Positions 1 through 12,302 of a stretch of 64,000 nucleotides of DNA are shown piece after piece. This stretch comes from Chiloscyllium plagiosum (taxonomy: Eukaryota): the NCBI RefSeq assembly GCF_004010195.1, contig NC_057718.1, positions 68,554,812-68,618,811 of the forward strand, in the 5' to 3' direction. The translations under genes were made by a program, and so were the position numbers. The notes under the pieces are model-generated. The model saw only the letters and a program-made list of their open reading frames with translations, ran no database searches and was not told where the DNA came from. How positions within the stretch are numbered: the first letter of the stretch is position 1; each line of letters starts with the position of its first letter.

Positions 1-233
1 ACCCATCTCTCTGCCATCTTTGGAGTTACTACTTCCCTATAACTCTGATCTATGACCCCCTCTGCCTCCCGAATGATCCTAAGTTCATCCAACTCCAGCT
101 CCAGTTCCCTAACACGGTCTTGGAGGAGCTGGAGATGGGTGCACTTCCTGCAAGTGTAATCGGCAGGGACGTCGATGGCATCCCTCACCTCATACATGTT
201 GCAGGAGGAACATTGCACTGCCTTCACTGCCAT
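1..233 (-). CDS. CR1 LINE ORF1 N-terminus (zinc finger + leucine zipper), open to the window edge
   Basis: Manual translation from ATG at 233: MAVKAVQCSSCNMYEVRDAIDVPADYTCRKCTHLQLLQDRVRELELELDELRIIREAE... shows CxxC..CxxC and heptad leucines, with no stop. Confidence 0.85.
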   Translation of the reverse strand, partial: MAVKAVQCSSCNMYEVRDAIDVPADYTCRKCTHLQLLQDRVRELELELDELRIIREAEGVIDQSYREVVTPKMAERW

Positions 234-858
234 CCCTCTAAAGCTAACTGTTTAAACAAAAACTGTGTCTAAATAATACAAGCAAAATTCAGCACTTACC
301 TGCTTGCCACAACAGATGTTATTATTAGGTTAGAGGAGGAGGGCGGGTGGGAGGCACTACCCGTGTAGTGCCTCGGGTTCCTCTCCTTCACGCTTTTGAA
401 GGGGGAAAAAAACTAACCCAGCTAAGCTTCCACTAACTGCTTCCGGGTCTCGGCTGCCCCTCTGCTTGCCGTCACTTCCTCTGCTGCTCCCGCTCTTTCT
501 GTGAAGGAGAGAGAAAACAAAACACCGATGCCCGCTACAGGTAAGTAATTTTGAAAAAAACTCTTACCTTAGCTGTAGTCTCCCGGGTTCACCTCAACTC
601 GGCCGCTGCTCCCACTCAAATGACCGTTGGTGGTGAAACAGTGAGTATTTATACTCAGTTCTCCTTCCCGGCTGCCCCTCTGCTTGCCGTCACTTCCTCT
701 GCTGCTCCCGCTCTTTCTGTGAAGGAGAGAGAAAACAAAACACCGATGCCCGCTACAGGTAAGTAATTTTGAAAAAAACTCTTACCTTAGCTGTAGTCTC
801 CCGGGTTCACCTCAACTCGGCCGCTGCTCCCACTCAAAAAAAAAAAAAAAAAAAAAAA
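234..858 (-). mobile_element. CR1 5' UTR with duplicated monomer
   Basis: Directly upstream of ORF1, CpG-rich, bounded by an A run at 836-858. Confidence 0.7.
451..838. repeat. 170-bp direct repeat (451-620 and 669-838, period 218)
   Basis: cggctgcccctctgcttgcc...cccactcaaa occurs twice, apparently identical. Confidence 0.95.
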
Positions 859-2045
859 TCAGGGACCTTCCCTGATTAGAGTGATTCTTGAAAGATGACT
901 GCTAATGCCCGCACTATCTCTTCAGCTATCTCCCTTGGGTGATAGATCATCTAGACCAGGTGATTTATCCACCTTCAGACCATTCAATTTTTCTCCTTGG
1001 TGATGGCCACCATACTCAGCTCTGCTCCCACACACTCCTGAATTTTTCGGATATTACTCATGCCTTCCACCATGAAGACTGGTGCAAAGTAATTCCTCAG
1101 CTATTTCCTTGTTCCCCACCACTATCTCTGCAGTGTCATTTTCCAGTGGCCCAATGTCCACTTTTGGCTCACTTTTGCCTTTGATATATCTAAGGAAACT
1201 CTTACAGTCTTCCTTTGTTTCCCTCCGTTGCTTTTCGTAAATTTCCCAATCCTTTGATTTCCCACTGCCCATTTCCACAGTATATGCTTTCTCTTTTGCT
1301 TTTATGCTATCCCTGACTCCCCTAGTCAGCCATGGTTGCCTCATCCTCCCTGGACCATGCTTCCTTTTTTCTCAGGATGAATCTCTGCTGTGACTCCTGA
1401 ATTACTTGCAGAAATCCTGCCGTTGCTGTTCCAGTGTCTTTCCTGCTAGGCTCCTCTCCTTGAGTTGAGAGTGCGGGAAAAGCACAGCAGGTCAGGCAGC
1501 ATGCGAGGAGCAGGAGAATCGACGTTTCGGGCAAAAACCCTTCATCAAGAATGAGGCTTGGGGGCCATGGGGATGGGTTCCTTTCCCAGTCACTTCTACC
1601 CAGCTCCTCCCCATGCCTCTGTACTTGCCTTTATTCAGCTGTAATACCTCTCAAATTGCAGAGTAAGTTCAATCACATTATGATCACTGTTGTTTAAGGG
1701 TTCCTTCACCTAAAGCTCCGTTATCAAGTCTGCCTCATTGCACAACAGTAATGCCTAGAACTGGCCCCACCACAAGCTGCTCCAAAAAAGGCATCTTGTA
1801 GCTATTCCACAAATTCCTTTTCTTGCAATCCACTCCCAACCTGATTTCCCAGTTCATCTGCGTATTGAAATCCCCCTTGATTACTGTAACTTTGCCTTTC
1901 CTACACATCTTTCTATCTCATGGTGTATCTTACACCCAGCTCTTGACTGCTGTTTGAAGGCCTATACATAACTCCAGCTATGGTTTGTTCACCTTGGCGG
2001 TTCCTCAATTCTACCCACACAGATTCTACACCATCTGATCCTACT
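859..2045 (-). mobile_element. Degenerate CR1 ORF2 fragments (APE endonuclease and linker)
   Basis: VESVWVELRN...GVMYRPSNS (1913-2101); QPWLTRGVRDSIKAKEKAY (1054-1344). Confidence 0.8.
1461..1580 (-). mobile_element. PLE family-1 terminal repeat fragment
   Basis: aaaagcacagcaggtcaggcagcat...gacgtttcgggc..cccttcatca matches other copies in the window. Confidence 0.8.
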
Positions 2046-3670
2046 TCGGAAGCCCTGAAGATGGCAAGAGCACAAAATGTATTCTGGGTGGGTGATTTCA
2101 ATGTCTACCATCAAGAGTGGCTCAGCAACAATACTGCAGATCGAGCTGTTCATGCCCTAAAGTACATAGCTGCTGTTCTGGGTCTGCAGCAGGTGATGAG
2201 GGAATCAACTAGAGGGAAAAACATACTTGATCTCATCCTTACCAGTTTCCCAGCTGCAGATACATCTCTCCAAGACAATACTGGTAAGAGTGACCAGCAT
2301 GTAGTCCTTGGGGAGACAAAGTCCCACCTTCACATTGAGAATAACCTCCATCATGTGTGGCACCATCATCATGCTAAGTGGAAGAGACTTAGAACAGATG
2401 TAGCAACTCAAGACTGGACATCCATGAGGTGCTGTGGGCTATCAACAGCAGCAGAATGGTACTCCATATCCCCCACTCAACCATTACCATCAAGCCATGG
2501 GATCAATCTTAACTCATTGGAGAATGTAGGAAAGCATGCCAGTAGCAGCACCAGGCATACCCAAAGATGAGGTTTCAAACTGGTGAAGGCACCAAACAGG
2601 ACATTGGCATGCCAAACAGCATAAGCACTAAGTGATACACAAAGCTAAACGATCCCATAACCAACAGATCAGATCTGAGCTCTGCAGTTCTGCCACAATC
2701 AGTCCTGAATGGTGGTGGACAATTAAATAACTCATTGGAGGATTCTCCACAAATATCAGTGATGGAAGAGCCAAGCACATCAGTGAAAAAGATGAGGCTG
2801 ACACTTTCACAGCAATTTTCAGCCAAAAATGCCAAATGGATGATCCATCTCGGCCTCCTCTAGTGGTCCCCAGCATCACAGATATCAGTCATCAGCCAAT
2901 TCAACTCACTCCACGTGATATCAAGAAACGGTTGGAGATACTGAATATTGCAATTCCAGCAATAGTACCGAAGACGTGCTTCAGAACATGCAGCTCCCTT
3001 AGTCATGCTGTTCCAGTACAGTTACAACACTGGTATCTACCCAACATTATAGAAAATTGCCAAATTATGTCCTGTACATAAAAAAAGGACAAATCCTACC
3101 TGGCCAATTACCACCCCGACTGTCTGCTCTTTATCATTAGTAAGGTGATGGAAGGTGTCATCATCAGTGTTATCAAGCAGCACATGCGCAGCAACAATCT
3201 GCTCAGTGATGCCCAATTTGGGTTCTGCCAGGGCCCTCAGCTCTGGACCTCATCACAGCCTTGGTGTAAACATGGACAAAATTCCAGGGGTGAGGTGAGA
3301 GTTACAGCCCCTGACATCAATGTTACATTTGACCAAATGTGCATTAAAGAACCCTCTCAAATCTGGAATCAATTGGTATGTGTGTGGTGGGGGGTGGGAG
3401 GGGGAAAGGGGGTGTGTGCAAACTCTCCACTGAGTGGAGTCACCATCTTCAGTTGCTTCATCATGACCTTCCATCCATCATAAGGTCAGAAGTGGGAATA
3501 TTAGCCAATGATTGCACAGTGTTCAGCACCATTCGCAACTCCTCAGATACTAAAGCACAGTCCATGTTCAATTGCAACAAGATCTGGACAATATCCAAGC
3601 TTGGGCTGACAAGTGGCAAGTAACACTTGCATTACACAAATTCCAGGCTACAACCATCATCGATAAGAAA
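2046..3670 (+). mobile_element. LINE-B (CR1-group, APE-RT) degenerate fragment
   Basis: WVGDFNVYH, TRGKNILDLILT, KSDQHVV, LSDAQFGF, HDLPSIIRSEVGILAND. Confidence 0.85.
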
Positions 3671-4084
3671 TGATGCTTCGTACCTTAGCTATGCCTCTTG
3701 AACCCATAAGAACATTTCCTATTGTCCTTTATATTAAAAAGTTTTTTTATGCTATCTGGTCATCTTTACTTATGTTCCCTTATTTCCGTTCTCAGATCTG
3801 TTTTGCATTTCTATATTCTGCTGAATTCTGTACCATGTACTGTGATCTTCATGTTTATCCTTGTCCTTTTCTGTAATTGTTCCTTCATATGATAGTGTCT
3901 CAATGTTTCAAATGCTCTGCCACTGAAACGTGCTCCACTTGCCCTCAAGCTAGATCCAGTATTGCTATAGGCTTTAGTCTGAAAACAAAATGGATAATAA
4001 AATTGTACTTCAGATATTTCAGCCATTCCTCTGCTGCTTTGTCCTTTAAACTGTTTTTATCCTTGGTCTACTATAGGATAACAC

Positions 4085-4165
4085 AATCCAAAGTTGTGCA
4101 GATTAGGTGGATTGGCTATGTTAAATTGTCAATGGTGTCCATGGATGTGCAGGCGAGGTGGGTTA
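4085..4165 (+). mobile_element. HE1-type SINE fragment
   Basis: tccaaagttgtgcagattaggtggattggctatgttaaattg matches the full copies. Confidence 0.6.
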
Positions 4166-4420
4166 CACCTCTTCACATTGATTCCCCCTTCAGACTGGCT
4201 ACCTCATTACTTTCACGAAGCCCCCTCATGCTGACCCCACTTCACAGTGACAGCCCCTCACACTGACTCCTCAATTACTCATTATGACACTGCCTCACAC
4301 TGATTTCCCCCTCCAACACTGGTCAATCAACCCAACCATATACATTAAATCACTTTGACATTACACTATCCCTTCACATTGGCCTTCTCACATTGACCCT
4401 CCTCTCTTTGAACCCCCCAA
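4165..4420. repeat. Degenerate minisatellite (cctcacactgac-like)
   Basis: Repeated tcacactga/tcacattga motifs with C runs. Confidence 0.5.
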
Positions 4421-4852
4421 TCATTTACAAAGGCGGTTAGAGATAATATTCAATCCAAGGAAGAAGCATACAGATTGGCCAAGAAAAATAATAAGTCTGA
4501 GCATTAGGAGCAGTTTAGAATTCAGCAAAGAAGGACCAAGGGATTGATTAAGAAGGGGAAAGTACAGTACAAAAGTAAGCTTGCAGGAAATATAAAGACT
4601 GATACTAAGAGTTTCTATTGGTTAGTGAAGAGAGATTAATGAAGACAAATGTAGGTACCCTACAGAAAGAAATGGGGGAATGTATAATAGAGGACAAAAA
4701 AAGGGCTGAGCAACTGAATACATACTTTGGTTTTGTCTTCCCAAAAGAGGACACAAATCACAAACCAGAAAGGTTGGAGAATGCAAGATTTAGTGAGAGG
4801 GAAGAACTGAGGGAGATCAATATTAGTAGAGAAATGTTGCTGGGGAAATTAG

Positions 4853-6335
4853 AGTCATAGAGATGTACAGCATGGAAACAGACCCTTCGATCCAACCCGT
4901 CCATGCTGACCCGGTATCCCAACCCAATCTAGTCCCACCTGCCAGCATCTGGCCCATATCCCTCCAAACCCTTCCTATTCATATACCCATCCAAATGCCT
5001 CTTAAATGTTGCAATTGTACCAGCCTCCTCCACTTCCTCTGGCAGCTCATTCCATACACGTACCACCCTCTGTGTGAAAACGTTGCCCCTTAGGTCTCTT
5101 TTATATTTCTCCCCTCTCACCCTAAACCTATGCCCTCTAGTTCTGGACTCCCCGATCCCAGGGAAAAGACTTTGTCTATTTATCCTATCCATCCCCTCAT
5201 AATTTTGTAAACCTCTATAAGGTCATCCCTCAGCCTCCGACGCTCCAGGGAAAACAGCCCCAGCCTGTTCAGCCTCTCCCTNNNNNNNNNNNNNNNNNNN
5301 NNNNNNNNNNNNNNNNNNNNNNNNNNNNNNNNNNNNNNNNNNNNNNNNNNNNNNNNNNNNNNNNNNNNNNNNNNNNNNNNNNNNNNNNNNNNNNNNNNNN
5401 NNNNNNNNNNNNNNNNNNNNNNNNNNNNNNNNNNNNNNNNNNNNNNNNNNNNNNNNNNNNNNNNNNNNNNNNNNNNNNNNNNNNNNNNNNNNNNNNNNNN
5501 NNNNNNNNNNNNNNNNNNNNNNNNNNNNNNNNNNNNNNNNNNNNNNNNNNNNNNNNNNNNNNNNNNNNNNNNNNNNNNNNNNNNNNNNNNNNNNNNNNNN
5601 NNNNNNNNNNNNNNNNNNNNNNNNNNNNNNNNNNNNNNNNNNNNNNNNNNNNNNNNNNNNNNNNNNNNNNNNNNNNNNNNNNNNNNNNNNNNNNNNNNNN
5701 NNNNNNNNNNCTCTGCCCTCATCAATCTTCTTTGTTACTTCTTCAAAAAACTCAATCAAGTTTGTGAGACATGATTTCCCACGCACAAAGCCACGTTGAC
5801 TATTCCGAATCAGTCCTTGCCTTTCCAAATACATGTACATCCTGTCCCTCAGGATTCCCTCCAACAACTTGCCCACCACCGAGGTCAGGCTCACCGGTCT
5901 ATAGTTCCCTGGTTGTCCTTACCATCCTACTTAAACAGTGGCACCACGTTTGCCAACCTCCAGTTTTCCGGCACCTCACCTGTGACTATCAATGATACAA
6001 ATATCTCAGCAAGAGGCCCAGCAATCACTTCTCTAGCGTCCCACAGAGTTCTCAGGTACACCTGATCAGGTCCTGGGGATTTATCCATCTTTAACTGTTT
6101 CAAGACATCCAGCACTTCCTCCTCTGTAATCTATCTCTTATCAAAAATGCCACTCCCCCTCCTCTCTTGCCTCCTTTTCTATCCTTCCTGTAGCATTTGT
6201 ATCCTGGAACATTAAGTAGCCAGTCTTGCCCATCCCTGAGCCATGTTTCTGTAATTGCTATGATATCCCAGTCCTATGTTCCTACCCATGCCCTGAGTTA
6301 ATCTGCCTTCCCTGTTAGGCCCCTTGCATTGAAGT
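4853..6335 (-). mobile_element. CR1 family C (ctctatgactct tail), internally deleted, spans a gap
   Basis: KSPGPDQVY, WRLANVVPLFK, SLTSVVGKLLE, SRTRGHRFRV. Confidence 0.9.
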
Positions 6336-6705
6336 TGAGAGGATTGAAGGTGGAAAAATCCCCAGGGCCCAGAAATCTACATCCCAACGTACTTAAGGAA
6401 ATGGCTATAGAAATTGTGGATGCATTGGTGGTCATCTTTCAGGATTCTATAGACTCTGGAAGCATTCCTGCAGATTGGAGGTAGCTGATGTTACTCCAAT
6501 ATTCAAAAAGGGAAATAGAGGAAATTATAAACCAGTAAGCCTAACATTGTTAATGGGGAAAGTTTCAAATCCATTATCAAGGACCTTAGAAAGCAGTGGC
6601 AGAATCAGACAGAGTCAGCAGGGATGTATAAAGGGGAAATCATGCTTGATAAATCTGTTGGAATTCTATGAAGATGTAACTTGTAGCGCTGACAAGGGGG
6701 AAACA

Positions 6706-6892
6706 GTCATAGAGTCATAGAGCTGTACAGCATAGAAACAGACCCTTTGGTCCAACTCATCCATGCTGACCAGTTATCCTAACCTAATCTAGTCCCATTT
6801 GCCAGCACTTGGCCCATATCCCTCTAAAGCTTTCCAATTCATATACCTATCCCGATGCCTTTTAATGTTGTAATTGTACCAGCCTCCACCAC
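6706..6892 (-). mobile_element. CR1 family C 3' fragment
   Basis: Matches 4853-5030. Confidence 0.85.
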
Positions 6893-8464
6893 TGTGGTAT
6901 ATTTGGACTTTCAGAAAGCGTTTGACAAAGTCCCGCATTAAAGATTATTGTGTAAAAGTAAAGCTCGTGGGATTGTGGGAAGTGCATTGGGATGGATAGA
7001 AAACTGGTTGGCAGAGAGGAAACAAAGAGTAGGAATTAATGGGTCCTTTTCAAATTGGCACTCAGTAATTAGTGAGGTGCCCCAGGGATTAGTTTTAGGA
7101 CCCCAACTATTCACAATATATATTAATGATTTGGGTGAGAGAACAAAATGTAACATCTCAAAGTTTGCAGATGATACCAAATTGGGTGGGAGGGTGAACT
7201 GCGCTAAGGATGCAGAGATTCTTTAGCATGTTCTGGAAAGGTTGGGTGAGTGGCCAAATCAGTGGCAGATGCAGAAATATTTGGATAAAAGCAAGGTTAT
7301 TCACTTTGGAAGCAAAAACAAGAAGGCAGATTACTACCTGAATGGCTGTAAATTGGGAGAGGGGAGTGTGCAGCCGGACCTGGGTGTCCTTGTGCACCAG
7401 TCACTGAAGGTATGTATGCAGGTGCAGCAGGCGGTAAAGAAGGCAAATAGTATGTTGGTCTTCATTGCAAGAGGTTTTGAGTAGAGGAGCAGGGATGTGT
7501 TGTTGCAGTTATACAGGCCTTGGTGAGGCCACACCTAGAATATTGTGTTGCAGTTTTGGTCTCCTTTTCTGAGGAAGGATGCTCTTGCTCTTAAGGGAGT
7601 GTAATGAAGGTTTACCAGGCTCATTCTGGGGTTGGCAGGACTGACGTATGAAGACTGATTGACTAGTTTAGGAATGTTTTCACTGGAGTTCGGATGAGTG
7701 AGGGGGGATCTCATAGAGATTTATATAATTCTAGCAAGACTAGACAGGGTAGATGCAGGGAGGATGTTCCTTATGGTAGATGTGTCCAGAACCAGGGGTC
7801 ACAGTCTGAAGATTCGGGATGGACCATTTAGGATGGAGATGAGGAGACATTTCTTCACCCAAAGAGTGGTGAGACAGTGGAATTCATTACCACAGGAAGT
7901 AGTTGATGCCAAAACATTGAATGTATTCAAGATGCGGCTAGATATAGCACCTGGGGTGAATGGGATCAAAAGTTATGTGCAGAAAGCAGAATTAGGCTAT
8001 TGAGTTGGATAATCGGCCAGGATCAGTTTGAATGGTGGAGCAGGCTCAAAGGGCTGAATGGCCTCCTCCTGCTTTTATCTTCTATGTTTCTGTGTTTCTA
8101 TCTCACTGTTCAAAATTATTTTCTGACATTTAAAAAGAATAGATCAGACCTTCAGAGAAAATCCATTTTTCCCACCACCATAGACTCTAAGTTTCAAAAT
8201 AAGGTATTTTGAGCATTCATCACACTTGCCTGATTAAAAAAAGATGAAAGATATTTAAAATGTTCCTATTAAAATTTCCTGTTATTGCCATCTATTCTAC
8301 TTATACAGATTACATATTGACTGTAATATATTTGTATTAAATGCTGAAGGACTTTACAGAACAATTCACTCCACACAAGTCCATTTTTATCATTAGATTA
8401 TTTCTTATTCATATTTGCTCTTGATAAAGTGTCTACTATAATGTTGCTTGATTTTCAAATTGTA

Positions 8465-9012
8465 TAGTTATAGAGTCATAGAATCAAAAAACATGGAAAC
8501 AAACCCTTCAGTCCAATCAGTCTATGACGACCATAATCCCAAACTAAACTAGTCCCACCTGCCTGCACTTGGCCCGTATCCCTCCAAACATTTCTTATTC
8601 ATGTACTTACCTAAGTGTCTTTTAATTACTGTAAATGTATCCCCACCCATCAATTCCTCTGGAAGTTCATTCCACACACAAACCACTCTCTGTGTAAAAA
8701 AAAAAGTTGCTTGTATGTCTTTTTTAAAACTTTATCCTCTCAACTTAAAAATATGTCCCCTAGTCTTCAAAACTCACATCCTAGGGACACCTGCCATTCA
8801 CATTAATGCATGACTCATGACTTTATAAACCTACCTCTGGTCACCCCTCAATTTCCTATGCTCCAGTGAAAAAGGTCTTTTCAGTCTTTCTTTATAACTC
8901 AAACCCTCCATTCCTGGCAACATCCTGTTAAATCTCTTCTGAACCTTCTCCAACTTAATAATACCCTTCCTATAACAGGGTGACCAGAACTGATATGGTA
9001 CTCCAGAAGAGG
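8465..9012 (-). mobile_element. CR1 family C 3' fragment
   Basis: QFWSPCYRKGIIKLEKVQKRFNRMLPG plus the family tail. Confidence 0.85.
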
Positions 9013-9014
9013 CA

Positions 9015-9295
9015 ATGAAGGCAAGACAAAGGTTATCCACTAATCTGGGCTGGCATTGTGGAGTAAACCCGCAATCATGAAAATCCATGAGGAGGCCTTA
9101 GAGAACATTGAGTGTTCTGTCGGCCAAAGCAGCTATTGATGAAGAGATCCAGTACTGTCTCTAGTGTGCTAGCGCAGTCTTTGGCCAACTGAGGAAAAGA
9201 GTGTTTGAGGACAACATCAGCTCCGATGCTTAGGTCATGATTTATAGAGCTTTGGTGGTTCCCGCCCTCCAATATGGCTCTAAAACATGGACAAT
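9015..9295 (+). mobile_element. RTE-clade LINE fragment
   Basis: Manual translation: FGQLRKRVFEDNI..IYRALVVPALQYGSKTW. Confidence 0.7.
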
Positions 9296-9699
9296 TTTTC
9301 AGAAATAATTTGTAGCTACATCAGTATTGATTTCCTTAATCAAAAATACAATCCCCCCTCCACCCACCCGGCCCGGACCTCTCCCCCCACCCCAATTCCT
9401 CTTTTGCCTCTCTATCTAAACTTCCTATAACATCTGAAACTTGGAACATTGAGCTGCAAAACCTGTCCATCCCTCAAACAAATTTCTGTAATAGTTACAA
9501 TGTCCTAATCCCATGTTCCCAAACAGATCCTGAGTTCATCAGCCTTACCTTGCATTAAAATAAATAAAGTTTTATTCTTCAAGGTAACTTGGTTCTCTGA
9601 CTTGCTTTTGTTTGTCTTTTATAATTAAATTGTTCCTTTCAAATTCAAAATCATTCTCATGTATTTATTCTGTTACTTAGGATCCCTCCACTCTAATGA

Positions 9700-10560
9700 A
9701 ATTGTCTCAGATTTTTATAGTGAAAAATGATAAGTCTCCGCATTGTTGTTAAACTTGTAGGATTCAAACTGTTGTCGAGCTAATATGAAACTCAACTTTT
9801 CTCACAGTTGAATATTTCTCCTGGTAATTACTCAACTTGCAGGAAAAATAACTGACTTGTTGTTAGACCGCCACATTATCCTCATGTAATGAAACTGCAT
9901 CAACACTGATATTGCTGCCATCAACAGTTAGTTTAAATGGATTAACATAACTTATTCCAGCTAAAATTGGTGCGATAGTACAGCTTTCAAGTTGTCAAAG
10001 ATACTCTATGTTCCTTTGTACATTCAAATCTCTTTATTTTCCCTCAACAAACTGATCAAAGGAGACACCACAGTGCTGAAATTCAGAACAAGCTTTAAAA
10101 TCTAGTCAAGTCTAGATGCCACATTTCTCATTTTGTCCTGGGCACAAAATTTTTTTGTTTGCTTACCCCAAGTGCTATTTGGCTTTAGTTGCAGTATGGC
10201 ACAAATAAGGTACTTCTGCTTTGGCAAATTCCCATTTAGCCAAGTTTATGGCTAAATTGGCTTTTTGTAATTGATTAAACAATTTGTTCAACAATTTAAA
10301 ATGCCAGGTAGCTCATGGGGCAGGATCACAGGACAAGCATTTATAGCAAAAGATCATAGTGTCATACAACTGATGTGATATATTGAACAAAGCTAAATTG
10401 CTGTTAGGTCTTTCATCTTTTAGAATGGGTTGCAGGTTTCGATTCATTAATATGTAAATCCATTTTCATGCACAAGTTCAAACTAGACTTCTTTGCTGCA
10501 CAGGACCTCCAACCAACACTATACACCAGATATATTAATGACATTTTCTTCCCCTGGATC
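9700..10560 (-). mobile_element. Gmr1-like LTR retrotransposon RT and RNase H remnant
   Basis: Manual translation: LFNQLQKANLAINLAKWEFAKAEVPYLCH (about 10190-10310); PFKLTVDGSNISVDAV..VSYFSCKLSNYQEKYSTV (about 9790-9950). Confidence 0.8.
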
Positions 10561-12076
10561 CATGGTGAGGAGTCACTGAAATAACTACACAGTGATATCA
10601 ACAAGTTTCACCCCACCAACGGACTTACCATGGACTACTCTCTAGTATCTGTCTCATTCTTTGACACATGCCATCAAGGATGGGCACCTCAGCACCTCAC
10701 TCTACCGCAAACCCCAGATAACCTTATGATGCTACACTTCTCTAGCTTCCACCCTAAATGTATTAAAACAACCATGCGCTACACTCAAGCCCAACACAAA
10801 CACAGGATTTGCTCAGATGCAGAGGAACACAATGGACACTTGAAGGACTCCTTCATAAGAACAGGATACAATACTGAACTAATTGATTGCCAGTTCTGAC
10901 GTACCACAGCGAGAAATCATAATGACCTCCTCAGGAGACAGACATGGGATGCGACTGATAGGGTACCCTTCATTGTCCAGTACTTCCCGGGAGTGGAGAA
11001 ACTAACTCATGTTCTTTGCAGCCTGCAATACATTATCGATGAGGATGAGCATCTCACCAAGATATTCACTACACCTCCATTTCCTGCCTTTAAACAACCA
11101 CCAAACCTTAAACAGACCATTGTTCACAGTAAACTGCCCAGCCTTCAGGACAACACCATACAACCCTGTCAGTGTAACCACTGCAAGACACGTCAGAGTA
11201 TCGACATGGATACTGCCCCATTACATATGGGGACACCACACACCAAATACGCGGCAGATACTCATGTGACTTGGCCAACGTTGTCTAGCTCATTCGCTGC
11301 AGGCAAGGATGCCCAAGGCATGGTACATTGGCGAGACTAAGCAGATGCTACGGCAATGGATGAATGGACACCATCCAATAATCGCCAGGCAGGCATGTTC
11401 TCTCCCAGTTGGGGAACACTTCAGCGGTCAGGGACATTTGGCTTTGGATCTTCAGATGACCATCCTCCAAGGCAGACTTTGCAACAATGCAGAGTGGCCG
11501 ACCAGAGGCTGATAGCCAAGTTCAGTATCCATGAGGGTGGCCTCAACCGGGATCTTGGCTTCATGTTACACTACATGTGACCCCACTACACTATACACTC
11601 TCTCTGTCTCTCTGACAAACTCACACAGTAACTTACATACTCATACACTCACACAGACCCTCTCTCATACACCCGCTCTCTCTCTCAGACACATGCATAC
11701 ACCCCTCACACTCACACCCATGGGCATACTTTCTCACAGGCATATACTCCATAACACTCACGCACACTCACACTATCAGGCACATATCATGCACATGCAC
11801 ACTCTCACTCTCTATCCCTCTCTCACACACATACACAAACACATTCTCATTCTCTCACTCTCCCTCACATACATGCACACACATATATAAGTCTATAAGT
11901 TGAACTTGCATTTGCAGATACATTCTATAAATTCTGTGTCCTATGATCCTGCCCCACTAGCGTCCTGACGAAGGAGCAGTGCTCCAAAAGCTCCAAATAA
12001 ACCTGTGGGCCTATAACCTGGTGTTGTGTGATTTTTAACTTTGTCCACACCAATCCAACACTGGCACATCCACATT
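10545..12076 (+). mobile_element. PLE family 2: RT C-terminus, GIY-YIG endonuclease, CA-rich 3' UTR and terminal repeat
   Basis: AFKQPPNLKQTIV, QPCQCNHCKT, WYIGETKQMLRQWMNGH, GLNRDLG. Confidence 0.9.
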
Positions 12077-12077
12077 A

Positions 12078-12300
12078 TAATTTTAATTACCTCAATAAGG
12101 TCACCTCTTAATCTTCCCTGCTCTAAGAAGAATAAGCCTGATTTCTCTTGTCTTTCCCTTCATCTAAGATCCCTCATTCCTGTTATCATTCCAGTAAATA
12201 TCCTTTGAACTGTCTCCAAGGATTTAATATCCTTCCTTAAATAAGCTACCCAGAACTGAACATAATACTCCAAATGTGGTCTGGCCAATGTTCTTATATT
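12078..12300 (-). mobile_element. CR1 RT 3' part, continuing at 20322-21065
   Basis: Collinear CR1 RT sequence on both sides of an 8-kb nested block. Confidence 0.65.
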
Positions 12301-12302
12301 CA

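Larger units (their letters stand above)
4430..8100 (+). mobile_element. CR1 ORF2 RT and 3' UTR, interrupted at 4853-6335 and 6706-6892
   Basis: EQLNTYFGFVF; KSCLINLLEFYE; VPQGLVLGPQLFTIYINDL..KFADDTK; RGDLIE..RTRGHSLK; (tatgtttc)-type tail near 8080-8100. Confidence 0.9.

Noticed and set aside
5180..5894. Long ORFs containing X runs (also at 15.1-15.9, 32.9-33.7 and 43.4-44.0 kb)
   Set aside because: Artefacts of N gaps
8100..8460. Possible 3' LTR of the Gmr1-like element
   Set aside because: No similarity to the sequence beyond 28250 could be seen by eye
11531..11890. His/Thr-rich ORFs (also 44879-45403 and 41950-42213)
   Set aside because: Translations of CA-rich PLE UTR or microsatellite
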